A stretch of DNA of 62,048 nt, filler included, from Trichosphaerium sp. ATCC 40318 (lineage: Eukaryota; Protista; Tubulinea), in the NCBI GenBank assembly GCA_038496445.1. It is 3 parts of 3 records of this genome, joined end to end, with 100 filler letters (N's around TTAATTAATTAA, not from the genome) between each part and the next. Parts side by side here need not be neighbours in the genome. Positions count along the whole stretch, not along the records: positions 23,200 to 51,997 come from JALMLS010000429.1; positions 52,098 to 62,048 come from JALMLS010000530.1; 1 more part is not named here. One strand, 5' to 3'. Positions 39,782 to 52,581 of the stretch are shown here, one piece after another (the stretch's first letter is position 1; each line of letters opens with the position of its first letter). The notes under the pieces were generated by a model. It saw only the letters and a program-made list of their open reading frames with translations, had not been told where the DNA came from and did not search any database. Both the position numbers and the translations under genes were made by a program.

Positions 39782-41920
39782 CAGGTCTAAAATTTTTAAG
39801 CTGTTTTTATGGTAGATACCATGGATTTGTGGTATAATTATACCATTGATTACAATTTTATACCACAAATTCCAGTATAATATACCATAAATCAAAGGAT
39901 TTATACCATGAAACAGCCAAATTATACCATAAATATGCAGTAGAAAGTGCGAATTTATACCATATTTTTGCACCTGAAAAAATGCAATATATGGTATAAT
40001 TCTACCATAAAACATGATATAAAACATAGTATAATACCATAAAGCTTGGTATATTATACCATAAAACTTGGTATATTATACCACAAAACATGGTTGCAAT
40101 ATACCATGAAGCGTGGTATATTTTACCACAATAACCAGTACAATATACCATAAAACTTTGTACATTATACCACAATTTGTGGTACTTGTACCAACAATTT
40201 ATTTACATTTGTCGTTGTTTTTACAGTACAATCCATCATATTATCCAGTGATCTAAAAGAAACCAATGTACCTTCACTAAATTCCATTCTGACATTCAAA
40301 AACATGTCTTTACCACAGCACGAAATGAACTACAAAAAAAGTTAACAATGACTTTACCTACAATTTTATGATGCACAAAATGAATGGGCATATAAAACCT
40401 TTTGTTTTGTCATGGCAATGGTACCAAATCTTGCTTGCGGCCCATGCGGTGGTGCCAAAATCAAACTACATAAAAAAAAAATAAAAAAAAATTGCCAAAT
40501 TTTATCCAAAACACGTTTCAAGGTGATCGTACCTGCCTACAGCTAACTCATCTTCAGGTTTTTTTTAATTAACACCTAATTAGCCTGTAAGACCTTTTAA
40601 ACACCTTTAAAGCAACTATCTAGTAGCGTACCTGGTGTTGTGTGAGCGACGGACCAGTTGAGACTTAGTAGCATGCCTTAACTTAGTTACTTATTGGCAT
40701 ATTGGATATTCAACACAACACGTTGGTATAAAACCTAAATGCTACTCATATCAGTGAGCACAAACAGCTGGTAAAAAAAAAATTGAGAAAATCTCAAAAA
40801 TTCCAAAAAAAAACAAAATAATATGAAAAAAGGCGGGTGTGTAAACAACTATGCTTTATTACAATAAAAAGGTGGTTTAACACACATTGGAGTACTTTTT
40901 AAAGATCTCAAAAAAAAACAAATAATTTCGGGCAAGTTTTGGTAGATTTAGCCCGGATGGCATTTATTATGCATAAAAATGCGTTTAAGAAGGAAAAAAA
41001 ATCTCACAGTGGGTACAAAAACATCCGACAGAGGTTTTTTTTCACAAACGCCGATTATGCGCCGAATATGTGCCGATTACACCATAAACACATTTAAAAG
41101 GTTCCAACAAGCAAAGTATGTCCTTTGCAGTGTGTGTACCTTTGTTGAGTGCCGATTACTCCACAACTGCCTTTTGCCTGTGTTCAAGGCCACGCTACGC
41201 CCTGTTAGCACATTTTTGAACGACAAATGTTAGATTTAGCGTTTTACCTTCTGTGGACAATTACCGCTACTATTAGCCACTTCTCTGACCCCTCAATGAT
41301 GTGTTGGATGCCTTGGTATGCTATTTAGAATAATTAGTGGAATAAGCATGTTATAATACGTAAAAAGTGCAACTAACAAGCACCATATGCGCAGCATGTC
41401 CCAGAGAATGTGTTTTAGTCAGTTTTGCTGTTTAAGTGTATGCTTACCCTTTAGTCGCTGAACTACCTTCACAAAACAATGTATTACACATTTGAAAGGT
41501 GTTTTAAGTGCTGTAACAGATAATCCAAACACAAGGACTGAAGGTAAGGTAAAACAGAAATACGGCACATTAACCCTAACCCTAACAGAAAATTAGGTGT
41601 TGTGGTATAATGTACTTTAAAATACAGTATAATACCATGGTATAGTACCATGTTTTACAGTATAATTATATGGTATAATGCACGGTATAATATACTTTAA
41701 AATGCAGTATAATACCATGGTATAGTACCATGTTTTATGGTATAATTATATGGTATAATGCATGGTATAATATACTGTAAAATGTGGTATAATACCATGG
41801 TATAGTACTATGTTTTATGGTATAATTATATGGTATAATTATGGATTATACTGAGCTTGTACCATAAAAGGTGATTATACCATAAAATATGGTATTATAC
41901 CATGATAATTTTCAGACCTG
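39782..41920. mobile_element. Non-autonomous TIR element (CAGGTCT ends, 2-bp TSD GA) with ATACCA/TGGTAT subterminal arrays
   Basis: Ends CAGGTCTAAAATT and AATTTTCAGACCTG with GA at 39780-39781 and 41921-41922. Removal restores MNEISNSIKDSN inside the APE domain. Confidence 0.9.
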
Positions 41921-44900
41921 GAATTTGATATTTCATTCATGAAGGACGGTTGTTTATTATGGTCGTTAGGACCGTATAATCCTATTAATGTCATTTTTGG
42001 TTTATCTGGGAGTGTTATGTAGCATTTGATTGCTTGATTACTCACTTCAGTGATAGGGTGTATTGCTACATATGGGTTTATTTCTTTGCGTACGAATATG
42101 CCTATGCCTCTTTGAGCATTTAACTTGTAATTGTTGAGAAGGTTGCATCGTTGTTTTGCTGTAGCTAGGTCAACCTTATCTTTTTTGATCATTTGGTTTA
42201 TCACTTTCTTATGTTTGAAGGCTTTTAACTCCATGTCTGAGTATCCAAACAAGTGGAATTCATAATCTTGGATCACTCTATTGTATTCTCTCGCTATGCT
42301 TATTCTTGATTTATCGCGTAATCCTGTTTCAGTGACAAACAATATATGTGGTTTATTGTCATCTAGAAAAATAGCAAGACTTTGCATCTTTCTTTTAAGG
42401 CATTTGCGTATGTTTATTTCTCCAAATTTAAAGGTTGAGTGTGTATCTAGATTATTTTCATCATCAGTTATATTTTTGTTTTTACCTCCGCCTACCAATT
42501 TACTTATTGCTTTTATTTGTAATTTGTTATTTTGGGCGTATAGTGTTATTGGAATTGTATTACTGATGCGTATTGGTTTGGGAATAACACCTGGGAAGTT
42601 TGTTACTAGGTAGATCTCTTCTTTAGTGTTGAATTCCGAGCGTATGCGTTCCATTAGATTTGAGGTGGTTGATATGTTTGGTTCAGTCATTTGTATACTG
42701 TTTTTATTGAGTACTGCCTTGATATGTATTTTATTTCCTTTTACAGCGTTTATTTTTGTTGTTTCTTGGTGTTTATTCCATTTGATTATAGGTTTAGCTT
42801 TATACATTACCCATTCTATGAACTTCAGGTAATATTTAGTTGAATATACCCACATGCTAATACTAACGCCACCTATTAGTCGTATAACATATTGTGTCTT
42901 TTCTAAGTGATCTTTACTAAAGATGTCATTACAATTGGTTATATGTAACGCTATATGAGGTGCTATCAACATGGTAACGATTTTGATCTTGTTAGTGTAG
43001 TTTGTATTATTTTGTGTGTAATTAAATTTGCGTATCTTTCTAAGTGTACTTTTCTTTAGTCTGCGTTTATATTCTATCGGTAGTCGTATTTGTATTGGTT
43101 TTTTAGCGAAAAGAACAAAAATAGCGAATATCCAGTGTGAAATTGTATAAATCAGCAGAAAATCTGTTTTATCCAAAACGTTGTATGTTTTAGCTGTTCG
43201 TTCCTGAATTGATGCGTTTTTACGCATCATTGAGCATGAATTTTCGGGAAACATAAAAGCACCGAAAACAATCATAACCATAAAGAGGATCACTATTTTA
43301 TATAACAGGGAAAGGAACTGTGGTGAAGACATTTTAAAAAGGAAATTTATTGAGCTGTTTTTGATTTTGTGAAAAATTTTAACTATGTGTTTGTACGTCG
43401 TCGTTACAAGGTATATAATTATTATTACTAGCATACTTATTTTATACGTTTGAGGTATGCTTGCTCTCTTATTCCGTACTTCCATTTGATGATTTTGTTT
43501 TGGGCTTTGTCGTATGCTATATTTTTCGCTATTTTGGGTGAGTATATTTTTTAGTGGATTGTTATACTTACCACTAGGGTTTGCAAACATGATGTACACT
43601 GCTGTGTATTGATTTTGGCTATTAGATGCTTTGTAAATCATTGCGGCTTCTTCAACGCCAAAATGTTTCAATACTTTTAAGAAGCGGCTTGTTAGAGAAC
43701 GCATACCACTCAAGGTTATACTGCTTAGTTCTAATGAGAGCTCTTTTTTGAATTCAACCACGTATTCACATACTAGGTTGTGTTCAATAATAGTTATCGC
43801 TCCTTTGTATTCTTTGAAGCTCTTGGCATTTGCAAATGTGAATTTGACGTTTATGCGATCGTTTTTGTCCTTGTACGCTGCTTCATAGATTGAGTGTTGG
43901 AATTGTTTTAACGTATCTTGTTTTAGGTTATTTAAAAAGTTTTCTTTGTCGAAGATTATTAAATCTTCTTGTTCTTCGCATAGATTGTGAGGGATATTAA
44001 ATACTGTCACTTGAAATTTGTCTTCGCTGAGGATGTCGATAACCATATTATAGCTTGGTGTTACTGTGTTTTCGAGTGTGAATGTACGACTAATCATCCA
44101 TGCGTCGTTGATATAATTAGCACAAGGGATTAAATATCCTTTGTACTCGTTTGAGTAAGACGCTTCTACGAAACGGAAAGGTAATTCGTTGTTGGAGATT
44201 CCTTTGTTCGCTAGTTCTACTCTTTCTTTAATGCTGATTACTGACATCTGTTCTAGCTTGACGAAGATGAATACACCTTGTCCGCTTCGGTTTGTGTGGA
44301 TTGAGAATTCTGCAAATTCTGGCGGTGCTGAGAGGTTTTCAGTAGGCATCGTTTCTACTTCGTCAAAGAGATTTTCTGCTATTAGATATCCTTCCTCGTC
44401 AACCAAGGGTTTGTTTTCTTGTTTATAGAATTTCTCGAATGGATTATCTATACTTAGCCCCATGATTGTAGCACTGATTCAACTAGTTTTGCCGCACTTG
44501 TTGCGCCGATGTAGTCTAAGTTGGCCATATGAAAGAACACAAATTGTGCTTTACCTGTTTTAAATTTAGGAACGGTTTTGGTTTGTAGAAAACAATTATG
44601 AAACTTTGTTATACCTATTTTGTTGCTATTGTTGAAGCGTTGGAGGAGTGCCATCGTGTTTACTAGACGTGTTTCAACATCTGTTCGTTTGTCGATAGCT
44701 TTACGTAAGAATTCTTTTATGCACATATCTGCATATTTGTTCCATCTCGCTAGTTCAGTGTGGTTTTTAAGGAAAAATATTCTCGGCGTATCTGGGATCC
44801 ATATTTTTTCCAATATGAATTCAGGTTTTTTGAAAATACCTGGGTCCTTTGGCGTAGTCGATGTTATTTTTTGGTGTACATATTTCTGTATTTGTAGGTA

Positions 44901-46418
44901 CGTCTTTTGTATTTGTTTGAGCGATAATGTTTTGTAATTTATCATCATCGTTTTCGGAGTGCTTTTATTTATGTTGTGTACTAGTTCCTTACACACTCTA
45001 ATCATGATATCTGTTCGGTTCATGTGTAGTTTTTGTGTTGCGATAACCAGTTTTCATCATTTTTAATAATTTGTTGGCGCGATACCAAGCCTTTGATTCT
45101 GGTTGCATGTTCCGGCCACAGATCGCTTGTTTTCGCTTTCTTTGTATTAGTTTCTGTTCTTACTCCTTGTAATTTACGTTTGGGTTTATTATTCTTACCA
45201 GGCTCCGTTGTATTTGTTTGTGGAGGTGTTCTTGTTTGAGGTTTAGTGGGTTCTCTTTCGGTTGCTGTGTTTCCTTCCGGTTTAGATGCACTGTTTGCTG
45301 TATCTTTTAGTTTATTTAGTTCTTTAATGCCTTGTTGGATTGCATTTTTGATACCTTCGTTAGGTGTATTTGGTGATTGCTCACTTTCTGTCATACATGT
45401 ATCAGCGTCAGTTACGGGTTCAGTCATTATTGTTGATAAAGATATTTGTCGATATTTTACTCGCTTTGACAAATGGTGCGTATACGAAAACGAAAAAGGC
45501 GAAAATGATTTTGAAAACTCTTTTTTGATTTGTGTAACATTTTTTGGGCTATTGTTGTTTAGATTGTGTTTTATTACGTTGATAGCGGTGCTACCAACGT
45601 TTACAGATGAATTTAATTTAACCGCCAAACGGCAGTATTCTATAGGGCGTAGTGGGCGTGTTTTTGATATAGCAGCTCGTCCCTCCTGCTTTAAAGTTCT
45701 AGAATATAAAAATATTCTAACCGATACATTTTTAACAGATTCTATTGTGTACCGGTCGCAATAGATTGTAATACCATAATTACCGAGGGAGATAGAATTA
45801 TTGAACGTTGAGCATGTTAATTTACTTGTCTGTATGTACGGAGAACTTCCATACACCAGCTCCAAGAGTACTATAAGGTTTGTCAACAACCAAATAGTAT
45901 TAGACGTTGCATTCATCGTAAATAATTTTTTCCCCCTGAAGTAGAATTGTAGTAAATCTTGTGTACAAATAAAGTCAATACCATAAACCACAGTCAAGTA
46001 ATGGAAGCGTACGACATCTTGGTATTGCGAAAGGTTGTTTTGGCACTTTAGACTTGGATCTAAGCCGTTTGTTTAGAAAAAACAGGTTCTTGAAGATATA
46101 TTGGCTTGGCGGGTCAGTAAACGACCTAATTTTGCGTCTGTATCTATATTGGAAGCATGTCAACAGTATGTGAAGCTTATCGCTCGTTTTTTGTTCTCAA
46201 AGCTACAACAAACGCATTGGTTGCGTTTTTTGCGGTTTTACAGTTTTCTTGTGAATGGGGCAAACATTAAACCGTTTGAACTTTTAGTGTTCATCAATAC
46301 ATCGTCTCTCACAATGACCCATTCGTATCACTCCGATACAAGAAGCGTGGATCCAATTCTACTAATGCCATCACTTCCATAAACGCCAAGGTGACGACAT
46401 TCACTAACTTCACAGGTA

Positions 46419-47989
46419 ATGAGTGAGATTCCAACAACTTCTCTGATGTTTGAAATAACCTTATTCCTTTGTTCTTTAGAGCTCCCAACCGAGATTGTAT
46501 GGCACGTGATAAGCTTTCTAGATGCCAAATGTATTCTTGCGATATCACAAACAGCAAAGCCGTATTCGAAGTATTGCCAGAGTCAGTTCACGTGGCTATT
46601 CGAAGTCAGTAGAGTAAGTTGGGTCTATTTTTTGATACAATGTACTATTACCTGTTTGTGACTTACTGTTGATTATCAAGAGCAGAGCTAGCACATATGC
46701 ATTCTTAAACAAGTATTATAAAGCAGGTTTGAATCCATATACGGTTCAGAAGACACTCTCCAAGCGAAAGCACACAAACCGCATGAAGAAAAGAATGAAA
46801 CATCAAAACTTACCTGACCGAAAAATCTCCTCTATACTTAAAAGGGAAAAAAAACAGTATCAAATGGATGTCCTTTTCCTTGGAAACAATATACACATGT
46901 GCATGGGAGGTTTAGCAAGGTCAATAGTGGCACCAGACTTTTCTCCGTTCAAGAGATGCATTCAAAAATACACACTTTCTGTTGCTTTGAAGGCATCAAA
47001 AGACAATCCTGAGGTATCGAAGAACACCTTTGTTAACTTACACCACAACTTACACTTACACCATAACTTACATGTGATACCTAGAGTAAATGTGCAGAGG
47101 TAATTAAGTCCTCAATTGCTCAAGAACTGATTGCTGAAGGCCTTGAAACAATTGATGTTGAAGATGATGAGCGAGCCAAATAGTACGGGTTTTTTGTCCT
47201 TTCTTGGATTGCTAACAATCTCAATGTGGTAGTTTCGAAGGAGCTGCTTCAATGATACTGGATAAAGAATACACTGTGATACCAGAACATATTGAAAACA
47301 TGTGTTGTACACTCCTACATACTGACAAACCTCTTGAATATATTAGTAATATGTCAAGTACTGATATGATGTACAAGTGGAAAAAAAAAAAACTGTCACG
47401 TGATTGGTCTTTATATTTTTCCTAGGTTGACTATGTACCCTTCAATGTCTCACACACTATTCCAAAACGTCATACAAGATAAACTTGCATACGGAAACGA
47501 TTGTTTAATAATGTACAACATTGTACTTGGTGAATACCGTGTACATGACCCAATCTTCGGCACAAAACTACACAGATCAATACATGAGTACTCATTGTGG
47601 TGTAATATCCTTTATAAAACTAAAGGTTGTAGTATGGCTATATTTATCTACAAAGATGACCATATAGTACCTAGTGAGTTCTGTGAGAAGTTCCCAGATT
47701 GCCCTGAAGGTAATCCTTTACCCCTTTTCTATTTGAATTTTGAGATGGACCAAGCTCTTTAACTAACGCTTTCTTTCTAGACACAATGGACTCTATTTTT
47801 GAGTACCTACGGCTATTATTCACTTCTCATATGTATGAAGGAGCAGTCACAGATGAAGAGGGAAGCAGCACAATGACTACAGCATACTCATATTTTCATT
47901 ACTACTCAATTCTTCACTTCTCTGTCAACTTATGTGATGTTTTCAAAAGTGTGATGGTGTCCAGAGCTCTAGATGTGGCTGGTTATTAA
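46419..47989 (+). CDS. F-box-containing hypothetical protein, multi-exon (boundaries uncertain)
   Basis: ELPTEIVWHVISFLDAKCILAISQT F-box motif followed by successive plus-strand ORF segments with GT-AG gaps. Confidence 0.55.
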
Positions 47990-49770
47990 GGCATTGCGAA
48001 TAACAAAGTACCTAGGCTTTGGGTGGATTTTTGACTTGATCAGCGCCAGTACTTGTGTATAAGTTTAATAAAAAATGGTTAGTTTAACTTGCATTGTGAA
48101 AAAAGTAAGCAGTTTGGCAAAAAACTTAAGTACGCATTTTACGTCTTAAAATTTTATTCGTACATAGCTTTTCCCTTTGAAATTATGTCTGTGTTTAGAC
48201 CACATCCTCAATCAACCAACCTGAGACAGCTAGATGATCTTTGGGAGGAAAGGAACATATCTGTCCCTGACAGATAGCTTGAGCGCAGAGCGAGCATCTG
48301 GGATTTATTTACAACACAATGTCAAATAAAAAAATCGAAAAAGGGACCACATATGTGAGTTTAAGAAAAGGACACTGGGATATTTTTTATACAACCATGA
48401 GGGTGAGGTGGGTGATTTCTGCTTGCTATCCTGTTGCTGTCGTGATAAGGTTGCGAGTTGGTCTTAGTCCTTCGTATTCAAATGATAATGCACTGCTGGA
48501 AAACTCCCAGTTTAGGCTTTCGTTTACACATAGAAGTATTGGGCGCTATTAACATTTACGCATTATCCTTTGGAATCCCACAAAAAAAGTTGGTCATGTT
48601 CTAATGTACAACTCTATTTCTCAACCTTCTTGGTTTATATATTTACAAGTAATCCACGTATCAGTGCCTGTAGGTATATAACGGCTTGATTTTTCTCTTC
48701 GGACATATCACGCGTTCATAATCAGCAAGTTGAGAACAACTATTTTCTAACAAAAAAAGTCTCACCTTTTCTTGATAGCATTTTGTAAATACTTGCCATT
48801 GATAAAAACCAGAGACTTGCTATGAATCACGAATTCCTCGACTACTTACTGTCGTTGTTTGATGCTCTATTTATTGCTACTACAAATCAACAAAGCAACC
48901 TATAGTATGGGCCTATTTTAAGGCACTTTGGCGTTTGCAAGCGAGAGCAAACTACCAGTACAGTGCTACTAAAAGGTAGCGTAAGTAGAGAGGTAGTGTA
49001 TGTAGTATTTCTATATTGACTGTACATTTTTCTAGCTCGCATTTTTTGATTGACGCTGGGTTTTAATAGGTTACACACTTGCCAAGGCCTTCAACACCTC
49101 ATCTAGTACATCTGTACATAATAAAGCAATCACAAAAATAAACCACAAGCCAGCTTTGACTCTTTTTAAGTACAATTGACAAACGCTCTTCCCACCAATG
49201 AAAAAAACTTCCTGACAATACAGAACGTGTGTACACTATATTAGAGTATGACAGGACCTTATGCGACATACCACGCATTTTGTCGAATTATTGTTTAGCC
49301 TAGGTGCTTTCTCATGTGATACATTCACATTGTGCTAGTCAACTCTGTATGTTTTGCACGATTCACCCTTTGCTTGATTAACATAATTATACATACTGTG
49401 GTGCATACTATCCGTGGAATGTAAATAAAAGCAATGCCATTGTAAGTTGACAATTAAGATTGGGTTATAGCGCTCAAATAGGCGTTGGTCTCTTTTGTAT
49501 GTCCAAAGTTACTACATACTCTACGTGCTACAAAAAGATACAACCTTTTTTGCAGATGTTGTTACATTCCTTAATACAACAGGCAGCTGACGTTGTTCGC
49601 TGTACCAGTTTTGGCTTATTTCAACAGGCAACCTTTGCCTTAGGTTTGTGGTCCTCGTGTACAGTCGTGAGAGTCGTGTAGTTTCGTGTTATGTGAAATC
49701 GGGATTACATCGGACAAACTCTTGAAAAACTCTCTACACCTTTTCACTCAAAAAATTATTATCACTCACA

Positions 49771-50124
49771 ATGAGCAACTTATCTTTACCTACGCTATCC
49801 TTGGCTATTCTTTTTGTAGTCTTTATGTTCGCATGTCCTGTATCAGGAAATGACGAAGAGGCAGAAGCGTGCATAGGCAAATGGTGTTCAAGGCTGTATG
49901 AAAAAACTGAGGGAGGTTCGGGAACTTTTTGCTCTGACATTTGGGGATCTTGCCCTAAAACGAGTTATGACGGCGTATGCACTTTTCCATTGTCTACGCT
50001 GTTCAACTTTCGACTCACTTCTAAGTATAGTATGACCACATATCAGGCAAGAAAAACTGCGGTAAACGATGCAATCAGAGAACACCTAGTGCTGGAAGAT
50101 GTAATACTTATAATGGTTTCATGA
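49771..50124 (+). CDS. Possible small secreted Cys-containing protein
   Basis: Hydrophobic N-terminus LSLAILFVVFMFACPVSG and spaced Cys; the 3' structure is unclear. Confidence 0.45.
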   Translation: MSNLSLPTLSLAILFVVFMFACPVSGNDEEAEACIGKWCSRLYEKTEGGSGTFCSDIWGSCPKTSYDGVCTFPLSTLFNFRLTSKYSMTTYQARKTAVNDAIREHLVLEDVILIMVS

Positions 50125-50625
50125 CGATTGGTACTAATGCGAAAGTATCCCGCTATAGATGTGATTAAGCGAGTGTATATCTATATAGTAACCACATGCA
50201 TGTTGTATGTGACTTGCTATCTCAGTGCTAGTGTTAAGCAAACTATAAATAAATTGATTTTTTGTTGGCATTTTATTTTAGAAGCCTTTCAACCCATTGA
50301 GTCAAGTTTTGAATTATCACGTGTTACTATGATAAAACAGCTAGGCAAACGTATGACGCGTGTAAATGCAGATACGTATGTTATTGCAATATCACATGCC
50401 TTGTAATTAATATTGTCCGTATCATTCAAGTTTGCAAAACTGTGCAAATTTTTTGTTGTTTGTGGCTGTTGGTTTTCGTGTTTAGTCAGATCTGACAGTC
50501 TTGCAAGTTATGTTAGTTCTTACAGAAATAGCAGATACAACGTTTGAAATGTGATTTAGTTGACAGCAAAAACTGACAAGATATTACGGGTCTGATAGTT
50601 CTTGCAATATCTTACACTTTGATAG

Positions 50626-50820
50626 GTGTACATTAGATTGATTTATCAAACAGATTATGGCATTGCATCATTGGCAGGTGCACATAAGATTAATTTGTCA
50701 AACACAAATGTAATAGATGAAGGCTTAAAGGTATTGGCAGGTGTACATACTATTTGCTTGCGGTCTTGTAAATCAATAACAGATGCAGGTTTAAGAACAC
50801 TTGCGCTCACAGGCTTATAG
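50626..50820 (+). pseudogene. Fragment of the LRR family
   Basis: GIASLAGAHKINLSNTNVIDEGLKVLAGVHTICL with no intact F-box start; another remnant lies near 49050-49120 on the minus strand. Confidence 0.7.
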
Positions 50821-51997
50821 CATCTCATTGTCCAAAGGAGCAATAGCAGAAGACAAAGGAGTCAAAGAAGAATTGACACATAGATACTAGTTTCATGGCT
50901 GTACATGTGTTTTACTCCGTTACAAACGTTTGGGTAAACTTCAGTTGACTTCGTATAAAACAACAACTACCGACAAAGCTTAAACAACATGGCGAGCAGC
51001 AATCACCCACATCCCACCCAAAAATTTCCTTTTCAATTTGTTTTCAAAACTGCAACAACCTTTCTTTTATTTTCCAAGTGTTCTTGTATCATATAACAAA
51101 TGCTTGGCACTGTGCTAGAGCCACAAGATATTTTGCCTTCCTCCCAACATCGTCTTAGTTAGTATTCCTTGGTTAGTTGATAGAAGAAAGTCAACTGAGA
51201 GTGTTAGAACTGTAACAGCTGATTGGTGGTAGAGTAGTTACGACTTCTGTTTAGGAATAATGAACAGTCCTAATAAAGCTAGCAGTAGTTTACTTTTGAA
51301 TTAGCTTACAACATTTTGGGCCAAGTTTGTAGCTTCGCGTTTTTGGTTATTAGAGGAATTATATCTTGTATGCAATTAATGGTATGTAATTGTTGGTTAG
51401 ATGTCTTTGAATAAAAATACACATAACCGCTTCAAATACACGTGGTAATCCAGTGTTTATTTGACATTTGATACATCATGTATAGTATGATTGTGCTAGC
51501 AATGTTAGTTTTAAGCAAAAACCACTTTGAAGTTGGACAGCGTGTGTTGATCGAACACGTGCTTTTTTTTATTTTTGGTGCATTGGACATTTTTCTTCAT
51601 TGAAAAAATTTAGGTAGGGGTTGGTTGAGATTATTATAGGCCACTTCTCGGCCTATTGGCTAAAATCAAGTGGTGTATCTGTTCTCAGCAGTTTAAACGC
51701 TGTTGGTGTTATTCCTACCAAAGCACGAAACCGTTTATGCTAATTTTTTTATTTGGGCTTCTTGGACCGTTGCAGGCTTGCCTGTTTTTACAAATCCTTA
51801 TTGCAATTCTACATGGTGTTGCACTACCCGCCATTCAAGGTCAACCATATCTCTTTAAAACAAGAAAAAAACTAAAGACTTAAACAACATTCAATGAAGC
51901 AGGCTTCATATTGTGGAGTATTGTTTCTGTTTTGTTCAACGTGTAACAATAAGGGGGAGCATCAAGTTTTCTTCCTATGCTGATTTATTACAATTTT

Positions 51998-52097
51998 NNN
52001 NNNNNNNNNNNNNNNNNNNNNNNNNNNNNNNNNNNNNNNNNTTAATTAATTAANNNNNNNNNNNNNNNNNNNNNNNNNNNNNNNNNNNNNNNNNNNN
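51998..52097. other. Assembly gap with artificial TTAATTAATTAA linker
   Basis: N run with linker. Confidence 0.97.
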
Positions 52098-52424
52098 GGT
52101 TTTTTTCAGCAACTTGCCTTGCACTTATTCTACATTTGATGAAGATACAAAACAAATGGTTGTAAACAAACGAGTACTTAAACCAAACAAAGCTTGGGAT
52201 ATATACAGTCTTGCACGCCAATTTCAACTAATACAACAAGTCCCACTACATTGTATCCTAACCTGCAGTCGTCCACCTAAGGTAGAACAGATACAGTCTA
52301 TACTCCACCACCAGAGAATGATTTATGGAATTTGTTTCATAGAAAGAACAAATACACAATTGATGGATATGAAGAACAACCTACAATAAGTGATATTCTA
52401 AAGCACAATTCCACATGGATGTAG
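52098..52424 (+). CDS. 3' end of a possible kinase-like gene (partial)
   Basis: WDIYSLA and EQPTISDIL resemble kinase subdomains IX and XI; weak evidence. Confidence 0.3.
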
Positions 52425-52581
52425 ATGAAGATCATATTAGAGAAATGGAAAATACAAATGATGACAAACAGCATTTATTGGAGGACCAGATATAAAAAAC
52501 AGAAAAAAAAAAGTACATCATGTGTAAAAAGTAAATAAATTTTATTTTAATTTTTCTAACTAACAAAAATATATCACATCT

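Larger units (their letters stand above)
34265..45916 (-). pseudogene. Retrotransposon polyprotein(s): signal-like N-terminus, ORF1/RRM-like region, hydrophobic segments, Ubl, APE, RT, RNase H, Zn knuckle; interrupted by two insertions and three 1-nt frameshifts
   Basis: APE: FGEINIR, FVTET, GLYGPN, IIGDFN, SRIDY, TDHRPI. RT: KTPGPSG, NYRPISLL, IDFRKAYD, GVKQGDILSP, YADD, YKDLG. RNase H: STDGS, AELYAI, GTDC, WVPAH, GNKAADNLA. Knuckle: CEICG...HLSYC. Confidence 0.88.
33848..45936 (-). mobile_element. Full-length APE-type non-LTR retrotransposon with RNase H (~8.9 kb after removing two nested insertions)
   Basis: 14-bp TSD TGAAGTAGAATTGT at 33834-33847 and 45937-45950. The 5' end is GGGGGAAAAAAA; the 3' end is a hairpin, AATAAA and a CAAA-type tail. 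Confidence 0.93.

Noticed and set aside
41571-41586. Telomere-like CCCTAA repeats (also ~58869-58887)
   Set aside because: Only 2-3 units, internal to mobile or repeat DNA; not a chromosome end.
44454-45030. Programmed stop-start coupling (ATGA overlap) or frameshifting between retrotransposon ORFs; also the shift at ~38500
   Set aside because: All three breaks sit at short homopolymers and can be fixed by one base. No canonical slippery heptamer is present, and a similar homopolymer shift occurs in a host gene (30948). Sequencing error or decay is simpler, although coupling cannot be excluded without reads.
45937-45997. ORF-track start at 45997 for the retrotransposon ORF
   Set aside because: Lies outside the TSD-defined element; the first internal ATG is 45916.
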